Origin: Trichoplax sp. H2
Lineage: Eukaryota
Direction of reading: 5' to 3'
NCBI GenBank assembly: GCA_003344405.1
Contig: NOWV01000153.1
Coordinates: 124,001 to 183,299, forward strand
DNA: 59,299 nucleotides
In this document: positions 13,606 through 28,600 of the stretch, piece by piece
Layout: each line of letters starts with the position of its first letter
Numbering within the stretch: the first letter of the stretch is position 1
Translations under genes and position numbers: made by a program
The notes under the pieces: model-generated
Seen by the model: only the letters and a program-made list of their open reading frames with translations
The model's database searches: none
Told to the model about the DNA's origin: nothing

Positions 13606-16600
13606 TAAAGGAGATTAAGTTTTATACGTCGATATTAGCAATATAAGAAGACGTCATGCTGTATGGTTACAGTAAATTCATTTAAGCGTCAAGAATTGAT
13701 TCTAGCGAGCAAGCCTAACACAGAATCAGGAATAATTTTAATAGCTAAATTGATCGCAATAAATCGAGGAAAGTTTCACTATAAGTCCCGATAGACTTTG
13801 CATTTAATTGCTAAATCACAGCATTGTCATATCTTTGATAATATGTATACGTTGGAAATTACTTTGGAAAATATAGATTTAATATAACGCTTTAGTAGAA
13901 ATTATCCCCGAAATAGAGAATATCGTTACTTTATAGGTATTATTGTAGTAAGGTACAAATTATTTGAATAAGATGGCCAGGCAAAATCGGGTTCTACTAA
14001 ATTAGCGAACTTATTTATCGTTCATAAAATAATGTTAAAGCATATCGGATAATGGTGAAAATCTTACTAGACCGTACAATCTACTGTAAATCGGAAGTAG
14101 CTCACTTGTACATCTTATACATTTCGATATAGAAAGTCTTCAGAAAAAATTGTTTATTAAAAATTGAGTGTAAATTTCAAATCAGAAATAGTTTACCTAT
14201 ACGTAGACAACGGTTACGAAGAATTCGGAGAACGGATTGCATTTTAGATTTGAAGGATTTGATTATATCAAATTGACATCAAAAATTTATATATAACTGC
14301 TGGAACATTTGTAAAACAATACATAGGGGTATTTAATTTATTAATAATTAATTTATTATTCTTATCCATTGTACAAAGAAAGTAACGATGATATTGCACG
14401 TAACTAAGAATTGATAAATTAAATTATGATATTAATAAATTTGTCAGAAAATAGCGAATGAAATAGGTTTGATACTGTTATTATTGATTGATTGATACAT
14501 AAATAACTAAATTAGCTACATCTTGTCATTAATAGAACAAAATAATTAAACTATCATAAACAAGATGTTCACTATTGCCGTCAATACTAAAGCAAATGAC
14601 GTAAATTTTCAATGTCATCATGGATATCTGAGTTGTCACTGGATCAAATTGAAATAGAAATGAAGATATGTTTTGAAAATAATTTTGCTCTGCATATTGA
14701 CTCTATTCTTCCTTTAGTCTTAATGTTACCCTGTTCATTTGAGTAACTATGTACAGTAAGAAATAACAGGCAGGCATGAATTCAAGAAATATTTTCGGAA
14801 TAGCATCATTATTATTTCACTTTCTTCACAAAGCTAGTTATGAAACTAATTGAAAGGGTTCAATTTTAAGTGGCTCCTATATATTTAATTTAGCCGTAAG
14901 AATTAATTGGTTCAGTCCAAATGCTTATATTCAGATTATTATCGATTAGATGATTGATTATTCCTGACCATATTAGAGAGATCCAGCTACATATGCTTCG
15001 GATAGAATTTATGGCGAATACAGGAAATTATGATATGATTTAAAATTCTCGTCTTCTATATTTAACAATATTGTACGATTTTTGACGTAAAAACTGAAAT
15101 CAGTGCCGGATGTATAATGTCTGAAACGCTGATAATCAGAATCAACAATTCAATAAAAGATATCCTGACTGTGTCAAGGGCTAATTTAGATATTGATCGT
15201 AGACAATCTTGAGAAGAACCCTGATTTTCAATGCTAGTACATGTTATTGTTATTGTTGCATTATTGTAACTAAGGACTACCTATAAAAATATTACCAATA
15301 TGATGGTTGCATACGTATGTCATGACATCATGCAGATTGCTAAAATTAGTGAATGAAATCAAACTTATTTCTTACGTATTCGTCAAATTACCAGTACTGT
15401 AAATAAAAATACTTGTGGGTTTACCGTACTTTTAATTATTTTTAGTACTTAGTTTGCTAGCCATTGGCAGATAGATAATATGATATGAAATAAATCTTCT
15501 TGAACAATTGGCCTTATAATGTTCAACAGCAGACTAAGGATGTGAATTTTAATAGCGACACTTACAAATTGAATTAACATACTGTGGCCTAAGCCATAGG
15601 ATGAGTAAGAACTTATCAATAGAGTGTGATAAACCTATATACAAGCAGATTATGGCATTGAACTTGCATCGATACTCCTGGTACTAAAACATTTAGTGTA
15701 TTATATAAGTGAAATAGCTAATAAAGTCTAATTCATGCTATTCTCCCAGTGATCAATATTTCACAACTTACTCTCTCGCTCATTTAAAAACAATAAAACT
15801 CTATCGCTTTAAATAGAAATTATAATCTAGTTTGAGATGTAAAAGTATAAAATTAATCTCCAAACATCATTAACGACTCCTGTCTTAATATGTAAAAACA
15901 TGGCGCGATTGATTCTGTCTGAGTAAGAAATACACAATCAACTATAAGCTAAATAAGGGTAAATAGGCATTTTTGAAAGGTCTGTACAATAGTAGTATTA
16001 ATATATATCATTAATAGGTCTTCAATATTTGTACTCTGGTAATAAAGGTCATTAGATAGGAGTAAATGAAATGAATAGCTTATTATAAACAAGACTAGAA
16101 AAGTAACAAAAACGATCAAGGATGGATAAATATAGCAAATGTAGCTGTGTGTAATATGAGAGACAAGATTCTTTAATTGAGAATATGTCAATAGCATTAG
16201 CTGGTAGTGAACAAGAGAGCATTCCTTATTCTAAATCCATGGAAAGTGTAATAATTATTGCACTCTACATACTAAAGGAAGTTCTGTCTTAAGGTCTGTC
16301 AATAGAAATCTAGTGAGATGCTACGGACAAATATTAAGGCGAAAATAAATCTGTCCTATGGAAAGTTCAAATTTCCTAACAGGCTTATTCACTTTAATGC
16401 TAATTATCACCTTTAGCTTGACCGTAGAAGGGATAAGAATAATCTTCATGAGAGAAGAAGCATTGATGATAATTTAATCAATGTTCATGTAACTTGAAAA
16501 TCCGTTTCATTGGAGCTGTCGCACTGCCTAAGTCTTACGCTAGTGCTAAGTGTTAAGTAGTGGTTCCGAAAGAATTGGTGATTATATAGACATGGTTAGA

Positions 16601-19600
16601 CATGACGATTTGATGACTCAAAGCAAAAACATCAATTCAAATTCATGTCTATTCATGCATATTAAACAATAGTTCTGCCGTGTTCTTCCTTTCAATAAGA
16701 TTGAATTAATTGAATAAAAATATATTTAATACAAACGATGAATGCATAAAAAGACAGAAAATCAACAAAAATAAGCTTCAGTAGGACTTTCAGTCAACTT
16801 CCAATGGCTGTAATGACGTCTTATTTAATCAATTTCAAGTAAATGAGAAACCAAATCAACATCAATAAGCAAAGGAATGATTTTACGTCTTATTTTATCA
16901 TCATCCCCACAATATGAATAGAAATGGACAGTTCGTAGGCTGAATAAGAGGATAAATGAACATAAGTGAAGTGACAGTTGATAAATTGAAATACTAAACA
17001 TTTGATCTGTTTACTTGTATCGAAATGTTGTTCATCATGTAATATTTTCGATGATGAAATGAATAAAATCAATAAAAATAACTATTGTAGGGACGGAATG
17101 GAATGTCATTTGATAGAATAGACCAGTTATTGCGAAGTTACATTGGACTTTAGGCATTTTTAATTTATAGACTACATGTGCCAATGTTGATCTACTCGTT
17201 CCCATAATTGACCACTCGACATCAAAATCTTACAACAATCCTATACATTGATAATAGTCCCAACGTTACAGTATCCATCTTTGTATCTTTCATGTTGTTT
17301 AAAATAATAAAGTCTAGTCATGTCGGCTAAGACTAGCTTTGCTTTGCATAGCAAATGCAGTGATTTCTCCTTAATAAAAAAATAACAATTGCAACTGCAT
17401 TGAATCGCAAGGAGCAGACACGCAAATACATACCATTGATTAAGCTAGTATTATTCCCCGTACATAAATGGGTTATTTTCCTATCCAATATTAATTGCGT
17501 AAATAACAAATGTCTTCTCATTAATCGGATGGTCTAATTGATGAGAATATTTTCAATACCAGGCTATTCGTTACGGTAGCTGTGAATTTGACTCATCAAC
17601 AATAATTATTATTGGAATGAATGGCAGAATACTTTATCATCGATTGCACCTAACGGAAGTTAATTACAGCTAATAAACTGTTAAAATAATAGAGACAGCG
17701 GATAAATAATTTTGAAATCAAACTTATTAAATTATTAAATTCACTGATTTTCAGCCTCATTAAGAGCTGTCTCGTAAAAGAAAAACTAGATTAAAGATAT
17801 AGTTACCTTTTTTCTTGCAATCCAGAATATCAGAAATTTTTCATTTTAGTCGGTTGTGATATACTCATAAGATGAAATAGAAGTGGAGATAATTCAATTT
17901 TCGTCTTTTAATCGAAAACTCTATTAATAGATACGTGGGCTAAGTATTAGTACTATCCTGATTATTAAACGAATTGTAATGATATATATCAGAATCAGTA
18001 GCGATAATATTGAAATTCTCATTATGTCTGGGATCCTGTAGTGCTCATATATGACGAAAACACATTAGCCACTTGCTTGACAATCTGTCTCCTGGTCTAA
18101 TTCCCGTAATTGAGGTCTATCAGAGGAAATTGTATTACTTTTATCAAGTATACACTACAAAGCGCTTCAGTGAAAATTTTTGATTTTAGCTTTGATCGAG
18201 TGTTTACGTTATCTCATTCATAGGCTTCAAAGTAGAGAAGAAAGTATTCCACATGGCGTCGTATAATTTTAAATTTTTTGCATGGTCTATCCATTTTCTA
18301 TATTCACTTAGATTATGGTAGTAACTATAAATCCTAAAATAATATACAATAAATTAAATTCGCGAAAACTTTCGATAAGAATTGATACATGGTAATGGGG
18401 CGTTTAATAGCTAAATTTAAACTCTTTCAAGTAGTCTGCGCTTAAGTTTGTTACCATTGCCGTACTAAACTTAAGCTTAACTTTCTTAAAATCCGTAATA
18501 AGTGAAAAAATTAAACCGGAAGTAGCTAACCTTATATTAATTTAATTTACTGGATGTTAAAAAGCTCAAATTTTTAAGTCAGCGATAGTTTTTAATTTTA
18601 GGAGATAAAACTGACTGATGAACCGGTTTAAGATTGATTTTTTACGAGCAATACTGATGCATTTTTTACTAGGACAGAAAGCAAATTAGTTTTTGCAGTA
18701 ATCGTAAACAATGCTATAATCAATAACAGATTAAATAATGAATAGCAACTTTCTTCTACTGTACTTCAATGATAATTTCTCTCTTTGTACAAAGAAAGAA
18801 AAACCTCCCTGATAATTATTCTGTCGTCAATAATATAAGTCGTATTTTAGATGTTGTTTCAACTAGGTACTGGTGATTCAATTAATTTCATTTAATCATT
18901 AATCGATGAATGTTTAAGGTGCGAGATTAATATTGGAAATAAATTATATTACTATCATCTTTAAAAGGAAAAAAGGAAGTTGGATAAAGAGATATCAATA
19001 GTATACTCATAAATATTTTCTCTTTCGACCTTTTGAATGTGATCGAAAGATATGATCATCTCGATATAATTGCTAAGACTGCTGAATATGCACAATCCTA
19101 GCTTTATTCTATCACATAATAGAGGTTGTTGACTTCCTTGACTATGTGATGTTATGGCATAGTTCCGAAACCGTACGTCTGCAATAAACACAAATAGCAT
19201 ATAAAATCTATAAATTAAACTCAAGAGAGGTGAGCAGGGTTAACAGGATTAATGTTGTTTCTTAATTATATACGTAAACACGGGCTAATAGTTTCCATTT
19301 CTAAAGAGACGGACTGAAACATAATAGAATGGCTTATTTTTATATAATTAAAAGCAATTCCTCTACTGCTTTTCATTTAGATACCCAATACACCTATTCA
19401 AGTTTGCTAATAAATCTGATAAAAAATTATTTATGTAATGCAGTAATTATTATTTTTGATCGTTTCTTTTAGTATATTGTAGTATAAAAGCATGCATCTA
19501 AATTTAATGAATGACGTCAACTGTCTCAAGTTTAACCAAAAAATTATTGAAAGAGTTGATTTTCCTTGCAGTGTGAATTGGAAACGAGATTTATCGAGCC

Positions 19601-22600
19601 TAAGTGGTTTAATATCTCCAATAGATAATCTGTAATGTCATTCTGGTTAGCATGTCTTCATTATACAAGTAATTTGCTACTGTGATGTAGGAAAAATGAG
19701 TTATAGTTAGAGAGGGATAAATTTCCCACTCGTTTTTGATGCGACGATAAATTAATAACTATCCTTACCAATATATCGCATCTTTATTTAGAACTATGAT
19801 CAAATCGTCTCATTCTTAATTAAAACTGATTTAAAATCTTATGCATAAGCAAACAGTTAATAAATTTGAGTAGAAAGTATATTTTCATGTCAATTAGGCA
19901 ATAAATGATCAATAATTCGATTTTCTAAGGCAAAGACATATGTAGTTAAAAGTAGAGGCAATATTATTGATGCCTTAAAGTTATAAGCCCTTCCATACTC
20001 TTATTGTCAAAGATAATTTATCTTGTGCGATGGTTTGCGTACAACTTGATTAACTACCGGCTTATCAAAAACAACGATTGTTCTTTGCTGTCAAATTCAT
20101 CAGCTTTTAATAATTTTTAAACTATTGAAACAATAAATCTAACAAACGTCAATGTAATTTAAGTGATGGAGATATGATAGCTTAGCACACTGACCAAAAA
20201 AACATCTTGAATGATGTTGATGGTTCTTGACCCCTAGGAATGCCCCCCTACATGATTATAAAATATGACGTGAAATAAGAAAAGAAAGAGTCCATGCTGA
20301 TTACAGTGCGTTTTTTCTATTCTCATAATTAAATCGAGATACCAATAGGAACTACAAAGCATCATAAACAGTGACGATTACTCCTATTTCAGTCCGGATA
20401 ATTTAAAGTGATACTTTCCTACATTGCGATCGTTGATGTAAAATCGATCAAAACACCCTGTTTACTTGTGATACGCTGTAGGTCTCATGATAATAGATGT
20501 ATTGATGTATTAAATCTGATCCTATTGGTCTGAACTATTATCAAGCACAAAAATGTAAATGGAGAATGTTTAGAATAGATAAGAATTTTATCTCTATTTA
20601 ACCTGCATTCAAAACAACAACTCTAACAATAATATCGTTCTAAATAGGCATCGAATTACATACAAGTGAACAAGATACAACTGATTTATTGTTAAACCTT
20701 GTCATCACGTGATACTTATCAACTTCTAGTGCAAGAAACAAGTTCCTTCTTTGACTTGTTATTGCTTTTAATTTTTGCTTAACTTAATTTGTTTGCTCTT
20801 GTTGTTATAAACTATAAAACTGCTTCAAGAGTTGTTTTCTCTTCTTCAAAATCGTGCATTTTAATGTTTTAGAGCTGCATTTGCTAGAATATAATTTACA
20901 TAAGTATTTCTATGCTTAGGCGATAGGTGGATAACATGACGGAGATGACTCATAATGTTTGCATAACTACAGTTAATTAATCACCTTTGACTTTTCCTGT
21001 AATCACACATACTAAGTATTATAATCAAGAGGATTGATAATATTACCCGTTCAGCTACAGATTTATGATTAGCATCGTTAACGATATACGTGTAAGGAGG
21101 ATTTACATATCAAAAATGGCGTCAATTGAGGATTACGTCTAGTCGATAGTGTTTAATTAATCAGATCGTATATTCGTAATTCCATAATATCTGTTAATTC
21201 AAGATTAGAATCATTAGCTATATGCGAGCAGGGAGGATTTGCACATCCAAGATAGCGTCAAATATGGATTGTATCTGATCGCAAGTGTTACATCATAATT
21301 GAAATTCTAATTTCTTTAATATCTGCTTAAATTGCTCTAACAAATCAATATTTATAAAAATAACATTTATAACATGTTTAAACTATAAGTCTACAGGAAT
21401 TTTCCTCTTCAATTAATCCTGCTGCTAAAGCTTTTATTCGGACTAATGATGTAAAATTTATTAATAAAGCAGCTTGGCGATTTTCGAACTAGCCTTATGA
21501 TACACATCGTAAATTTATTTAATGCTATTGGACTTGAAATCGACTTTCAATATCATTAAAGCTAAGTAATAGCTTTTTCGCCAGTATTAATAGCTATATA
21601 AAATCTTACTGTAGGTAAAATACCCTTTGATGATGATAATGTTGATTAAAGGAAGATTCCCTTTATTGAGTCTTTGATGGATTGTGTTCACAGAAATTTA
21701 CAAAATCATTATAGACGTAACGATTGTATCATGCGTTATCGACTGGAAAGAGCTATTGTTAGTGTATTTTCTAGTGCTCATATTTCTTAACTCCACTTTT
21801 TTTGCGAGCATAAAATTTGTTGAAAGATTTATAATAGTACTGACTTGCTACTTAATGAGGAAAATTACACATATCGATGCTTTTAACTTAATTTACTCTT
21901 CCAATCTAAGATCAAATTTAAAGTAGCTATCTTTCCTTTCAAATATCGTGGAAATCCTTCGAGATAATTTGTAACTGCATTTCAACAAGTCTTGTGATCT
22001 ATCTTTCTTACAATAGAAAGTGGGAGAAAATGTGTATGTTTAAAATGTATTTTCTTCAGCAGCAGCTCTTCAGCCGTAAACTGAATTGCATTTTTAATTC
22101 CATGAAGACTTCCCTTGGGTTACCAATCATTCTTTGTAAGTTACCATTAGCATAATTTTGTTCCTGAATAAGATAATAAAATACTGTAATGGTAAGATCT
22201 GCATCATAAAACAGCGACTATTTGATTTATTTGACAAACTTCAAAATATCTGTGAATTATTTTATAAAGTCAATATTACAAATCTAATTTATTAAGTACT
22301 TGATTTCAAATTTAAAAACTAATATCACATCAGGTTATGCAACAAGTTCTTCACTGTATATTCTCAACTCTCAAACTCAGTAGTAGCACACACTATAACT
22401 GGTTTAATTAATAGACATGATTTATAATTGCTTTATAGTTAGTAGCGTATTTCGTACAGTATCAGTCTTAATTATATTTATTTTCGCATAGGACTGATTA
22501 ATTTTAATTTTAATCTGTCGAATTATTAGTTTCCGGGATTAATTTCCAGCATCATATAAGATAAATTGAAGTATCCCACAACAAGCTTTCCAAATAAAAT

Positions 22601-25600
22601 CACTTTTGAATGATGATAGATGATTCAGAAATATCGATTTACGTACTTTTTATCTAAATAAGTTAGAGTAAACAATTATCACTACATCTAATTCATTAAT
22701 TTTGTAAATGTTAGTAAGAGTACGAATTCAATCATTAATCGGATATATGTATCTAAAATATGCATCAATACTGCAATTTAGTAACGTCAGCTGCCTGATT
22801 GCGTTATAAGTTATAAAAGTATTGCATGTAAGTCGTTTAATCATAAGACTAGACTGCCAAAGTAAATGTTGTTAATTTGTGATAATGGATATATTAAAAA
22901 CTCCCTGTCAAAAATATGTTGGAGGGTTAAAAATTTACTTGCCATCAAGTGGATCATCTCATTTCAATACAAAGAAAGAACTGGAAACATATTATTTTCT
23001 TCTTTGAACAATAAGTATTTTAATTACTGTATTGATCCATTTTGATTAATTGGATATGGCCTGAAAGGATATATGGGTACATGTGCATTCGGTTAATTAT
23101 TGTAGGCATCTGACTAAGATTAATATTTATCTTTTTCTTGAGGCATAGAAAACGTCTTTTCAGATCAATAATATAATTTTACGATTAAGGAGCGACCGAT
23201 CTACGTAGTAAAAGAGATAATTCTTCATAAACAAGCATTATCTGACTAACGTTCAGTCAAACATCTTGGTAAGAAAGCGATGTTCATTATAGGTGATATA
23301 CAAATAGGATTAATCATGATTTTCTAAATACTAGACCAATATCTAAATGACATAAGTATTTTCGAAATATTCTTTGCAAGCAACCTCAACAAGCAATCTT
23401 TCCCTTCAGTAAAAAGTATAGTTGAGCAATTATGGCTGCGCAATATATGAATTTGCATTATTGCAATTCAAAATCGATGATAAAAAATATTTATTCTCTT
23501 CCTCTTATCCTTTATTGATATATGCAGCGATATCCAGAAAAATAAAGTTCAAAAACACTTTGCGTGATCAACTTTGCAATTAAAAATTAGCAGACAATGC
23601 AAATCAAAATAGACAGGAATAACAATTTTATTTATTAATTACGAGTAGCATCCATGCATTTGCTGATAATATAAAATTTTTGTTTGTTGTTACCGGTCAA
23701 TGTCATTTATAGATTTCTTGTATATTTTATCATTATAATTTGATCAATAATTTTTTCATTTTCACCTTAAACTTTCCTATCGAGTAAACTACTTTTCGAT
23801 TTCTGAGATATAAACAAATGCTTCAGCATTGAATTAATTCCTTATTTTAACATGTTAGTAAATTTAGTAAATGATACTGTTAGTATCTCTGGGTGAAATT
23901 CTTTATCATTTTTTATCGTTACTGTACCTAATAATTTTGCCTAAGGATATATTAGTCAAATTGACAGTAAATTTTAAGTGGTAAATCTTTAGGGCAGGTC
24001 AGAGTAATACTTTGGGGTCAATATTGGTTGATTGCATTAAAAATGAAAGTTTAATAGATTCATTTAATCAATTTTAGCGCCGCCACATAAACCATATCAT
24101 AATAAAATAATATTTATATTTTGATGATTATGGAAAAATAAGTGAAATAATGATTCAAATTTTATTTAAAAAATAACTAATATTTGAGGTTAAAAGGAAC
24201 TATGAAACTGTAACTATTTGGATGCTCTCATTTCTAAGCAACAAAAATAATTAATTTGAATAATTAAGATTACACATGTGTAGCTGATACAATAAACTAA
24301 AACCTTGTAAAGGAAACGAAGATATCAAAAATTACTGAATGGATTATGCTTTTTATGGTGCTTATCTGAAACTACAAAATACATCGAGCGAAATCCTCTT
24401 TTTAATATACGCGTGCATAATGACGTTGCTACGCTTAATGCATTAACCAATTTTTTGCGTATATCAAACATTATAATCGTATGCCTTTTTCCTAATTAAA
24501 ACCAGATTAAACTACTGTAGAAGGGTTTGCTTATTTTGAAATAGAAAATATGAATAAACTAGCGTTGCTGTAAATTGCAGGCCTAAATTATTTTTAGTAT
24601 TCCTTAATATTGCCGAAGGAATCAGTAAATAAATTACCAGTATCTTGGAATATAATCTTGCAATTTAAGCCTATATTTATACTCTAGCATAGTAGCATAA
24701 TAAAGAGCATTTTTACTTATAATTGTCAACACTAAAAATTTTCTCATTATTTTCATTCCTTTCCCTACTATTAGTCTCAGGAACTGAACAGGCTTATAGC
24801 TCAAATCTAATGTTCAGTATAAATTCCTCACTACTAAGTGGATTTTCTGTTACCTATATCCGTTTCATTATGCAAATCGTACAAGATTAGGAGAAAATAT
24901 ACAACGTGTGCAGTAGCAATCATAAAATGCAAGACACCTTATTCATTTTATCAGTATCTATCCTTGATGTTTAAAGAGCGTTTATGTAACGCTAAATTGA
25001 TCTCATTAGTAAACAACTAGATTTCTGAAAATTAGTGAATACGTATCTTAGAAGCAAGAACATATTATCATTTCATTGTATTATTTCCGCCAAACTGAGC
25101 TCATATAAAATTGATTGGTTCTATACGGATAAAAAACTTTGTTGCCTATGGTTACTACAAAGATATAGTAGTAGTTAGTATTAGAATCGAATGTCCTTCA
25201 AATTCGTGTCCTTATTAAGGGAATTCAAAATTGAAAAATCCACCTCTAAGCAATTAATGAAATTTACTTATTGAGAACCTTAGTGAATATACGACTCCAA
25301 CGTATAGTATGAATATTTAAATAGAAGAAATCCTATATACTATGGTTTGCACTGCGCTACTATTTTGAAATTTATAGCTACATAATTGTATCTGTAAGAA
25401 CGTCTTTAATTAAAATTGATTCAGTAAATAATAATTTTATTTGCGAAATATTATCGGGTGTGCAAGCTAAAATGTTAGCTTACTCGTATTGGTAGCATTC
25501 AGTCTCCTAATACCAAACTCAAATATTAGATTTAGCAAAGGAAATATTAACTATGAAATGCATTTAATAGTATTTATATGTAAGAGCGTTAGCTATGAAG

Positions 25601-28600
25601 GATTCTTTGAGTTATAAATCAAACTTTACAGTTATTTTAAGATCATGTTTATCGATCTAAAATCTTAAAACAATATTATAGGATAGCCATAAAATTGATG
25701 AAAAATAGATTTTCTTTTGTTAAGTATGCCAAATATTATGTAAAGCTTAAAATGTCTCTAAATATTAGTTTGAACTCAAATCAGGTGCTCAAGGTGCAAA
25801 GATAGAGCGAATGATAGTTGAGAAAGCGTATTTAATGCATATCCTGCTGATCAGGATGCACGCGAGTATCTGTTTTGTTATTTAAATTTGAACGTTCGTA
25901 GTCGGATTTAGGCTTACCTCGTATTTATTTTGATACACTATATTGCTAATTGATTCAAAGATATCCAATTAATTGTAATTTTAATGTAAGCTCAGTTTTG
26001 TGGGGGGCTGAAGCAATTTTTTAATTGATTAAAAAATATCACTAATCTTTCGATGTACGTTAAAAAAATACTAAAACAGTAAAGTCAAGAAACTAAAATT
26101 GGAAGTAACTTTTTCTTAATTTCCATTATAGTGCACGATTAAAAGTATGAGAATTTTTTCTATAAAGGTTCCTTAACCCTTGATTATTATTTAGCAAAGA
26201 TAATGCAATTTATAGTGGATTATTTAATCGTGGAGGACTGATAAGAATTAATAAAGCAAAGTCTATGATCATACTATGACTTTGCTAATTTTTAAAAATG
26301 GATTCCTAGAGTTACGCATTAGTTTAGTCAAAATTGTTGCTTAAGATTGGAATTCTGCTCCATTCGATTTGATATATTGAAATTATTTCTAGAATGTAGT
26401 TAATAAACCTAGTGAACGCTGATATTGTAGGCAATCTTTAAAAGTGTAAACTACTGTAATTTTCGTTAAAGTTGATTTCATTTAACAGATTTAATATAAA
26501 GTAAATCGTTATCTAACAATGGTGATATTAATAATAATTTATACGTAGTGTTGCAATAGTTTCTAATAAATAGGCTTTCAGTTCCGGTAAATTCACACGT
26601 CATACTGCCATAGTCTACGATGCAGTAAATCAGAATTATAAAACAAGCTAGTCAAGAAATAATGCAATTTTAGTGCTATACTAGTGTGGAAATTTCAGTC
26701 AAATTTATTAGTGATTAGAAATTTATCGTAAGCGGCGATACATTTTTTTCAAAAATATATTTATGGTATTTCTCTAAATATAATAAATTTACTCCTTTCA
26801 TTCTCACATGGAATATACGAGTATTATAACATCAACCGTTTCTGAGCTTTATGAAAAATCAGCATCTCAAACTCTATTCATAAATTACCTACATCTGGCG
26901 TGGATATACTGTATTTGTTATTCAACAGATTTATCGACAGTTTTCAGTAGGCTATTTATTGCTGCTAACTTAATTTAAACAATCCTAGCTAGTAGCAATA
27001 GCATAGTTCGAACAAAATCTTTCATACTGCAACAACAATTACAGTTTAGATCTCACATCTCCCGAAACACGTAATTTAGTTTCAGATTCGCATAAATGTC
27101 ACTAATCTAACATGTAACAATTCTTATTTTGAATCATTTAACCCAGTATAAAAATTTAAAATATCATGGATTAAATTTCCAAAATTTATTTCAGCCAATA
27201 ACAGCAGCTAAAAAAGTTGATACAATTATCTGCTCTTAAATTTAGCTATTCAGTAATTTAAAGGGTAAGTGCAAAATCTTGAGCAACGTTATTATTAATA
27301 GTAAATATTCAAATTTAAAGTGTCTCAAATTTAGCGATAAAAAAACAATATGTTAGCCGATTTTTTGATGATATACTCGCATGTTACATTTATTGAAATT
27401 AATAAAATTGTGTGCAGCGTGCTGTGGTATCATTAATAATTTCTTAGTAATACTTAAATGCAAACATATATTCTTGATGCAAAAGTATCATTTCAGTTAG
27501 CTTACCTTTGAGAAATGAAAATTTGACCGCTACCAAAGATTATGATCACCGCAACATTATAAATGATGTGAATTAATACCAAAGATCATCCCTGCTTATA
27601 TTATATAAATAAAGAGAGTACAAACACTATTACTGACGCTGGAATTTTTTATCGCGTCTAATTAATAGATTATTACATAATATAGACTGGGTCTATTCTA
27701 ATCTGGTTTGACTTCCTACTATATAATTAATGATTTGTCAAGCAATAACGGAACAAAATATTAATTCAAACATTAAATGAAATAATTATAGCTATTGAAA
27801 TTTCACTGTATTGATCGACTTATTGTTATAATGATCGATTTCCAAATATTCACCTATTCAAATCATCCCAATAGTAAATAAAGTAAACATACTAAATGAG
27901 ATAGAGTCAGATTTTCAACTCTTAGCAATGGCATTAACAAATATTTCCAATAGTTAAGAATCATTATAACTATGATATAATCATCACGGTCCAAATAATA
28001 AATTGTTAATAGATAGTAGTTCTTCATTTCTTATCATTTATCACATTTATTTCACTTGCATAGAAAGGTCGTAATATTTAGTTTACATCTAAACTTTCAT
28101 ATTTTTCTGTTCATCGTACTTCACTATAAAAATAAGATGGTTAAATATTCTGATAAAATTTATGCACCTCCGCTATAATGTAATGTAGCATTTATCTAAT
28201 AATTAATGTGGCTTTTATACGGGCACGAAGGATGTTATCAAATATTACATATCGTTCGCAACATATAATAGTTGCTATAGTCTGAACATAAATAGGCAGT
28301 ACGTTAAGACTTGTGATAGGTATGCGTATTTCAGCATCATTAAATTATTTAAAGGCATAAAAAAAATGGTCAATATTTTATGGATAGCTCAATAAGATGC
28401 TAATCAAGTAAGAGCTATCAAATACTCTGCAGAATATAATACAGAGTAATACTTTCAATGATTTTCAAAATAATCGCTAGACTTTATAATTATTTACGAC
28501 ATCCATCAGCAATATGCTGGCCTATCAATTATCGCTCAAGCGTTTCATATCTGAAAGCAAAGAGGAAGTTAAGGTTATAGGATCAACATTATAAATATTA

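Noticed and set aside
25837-25860. Short imperfect inverted repeat (tgcatatcctg...caggatgca)
   Set aside because: Too short and isolated to support an RNA gene or element.
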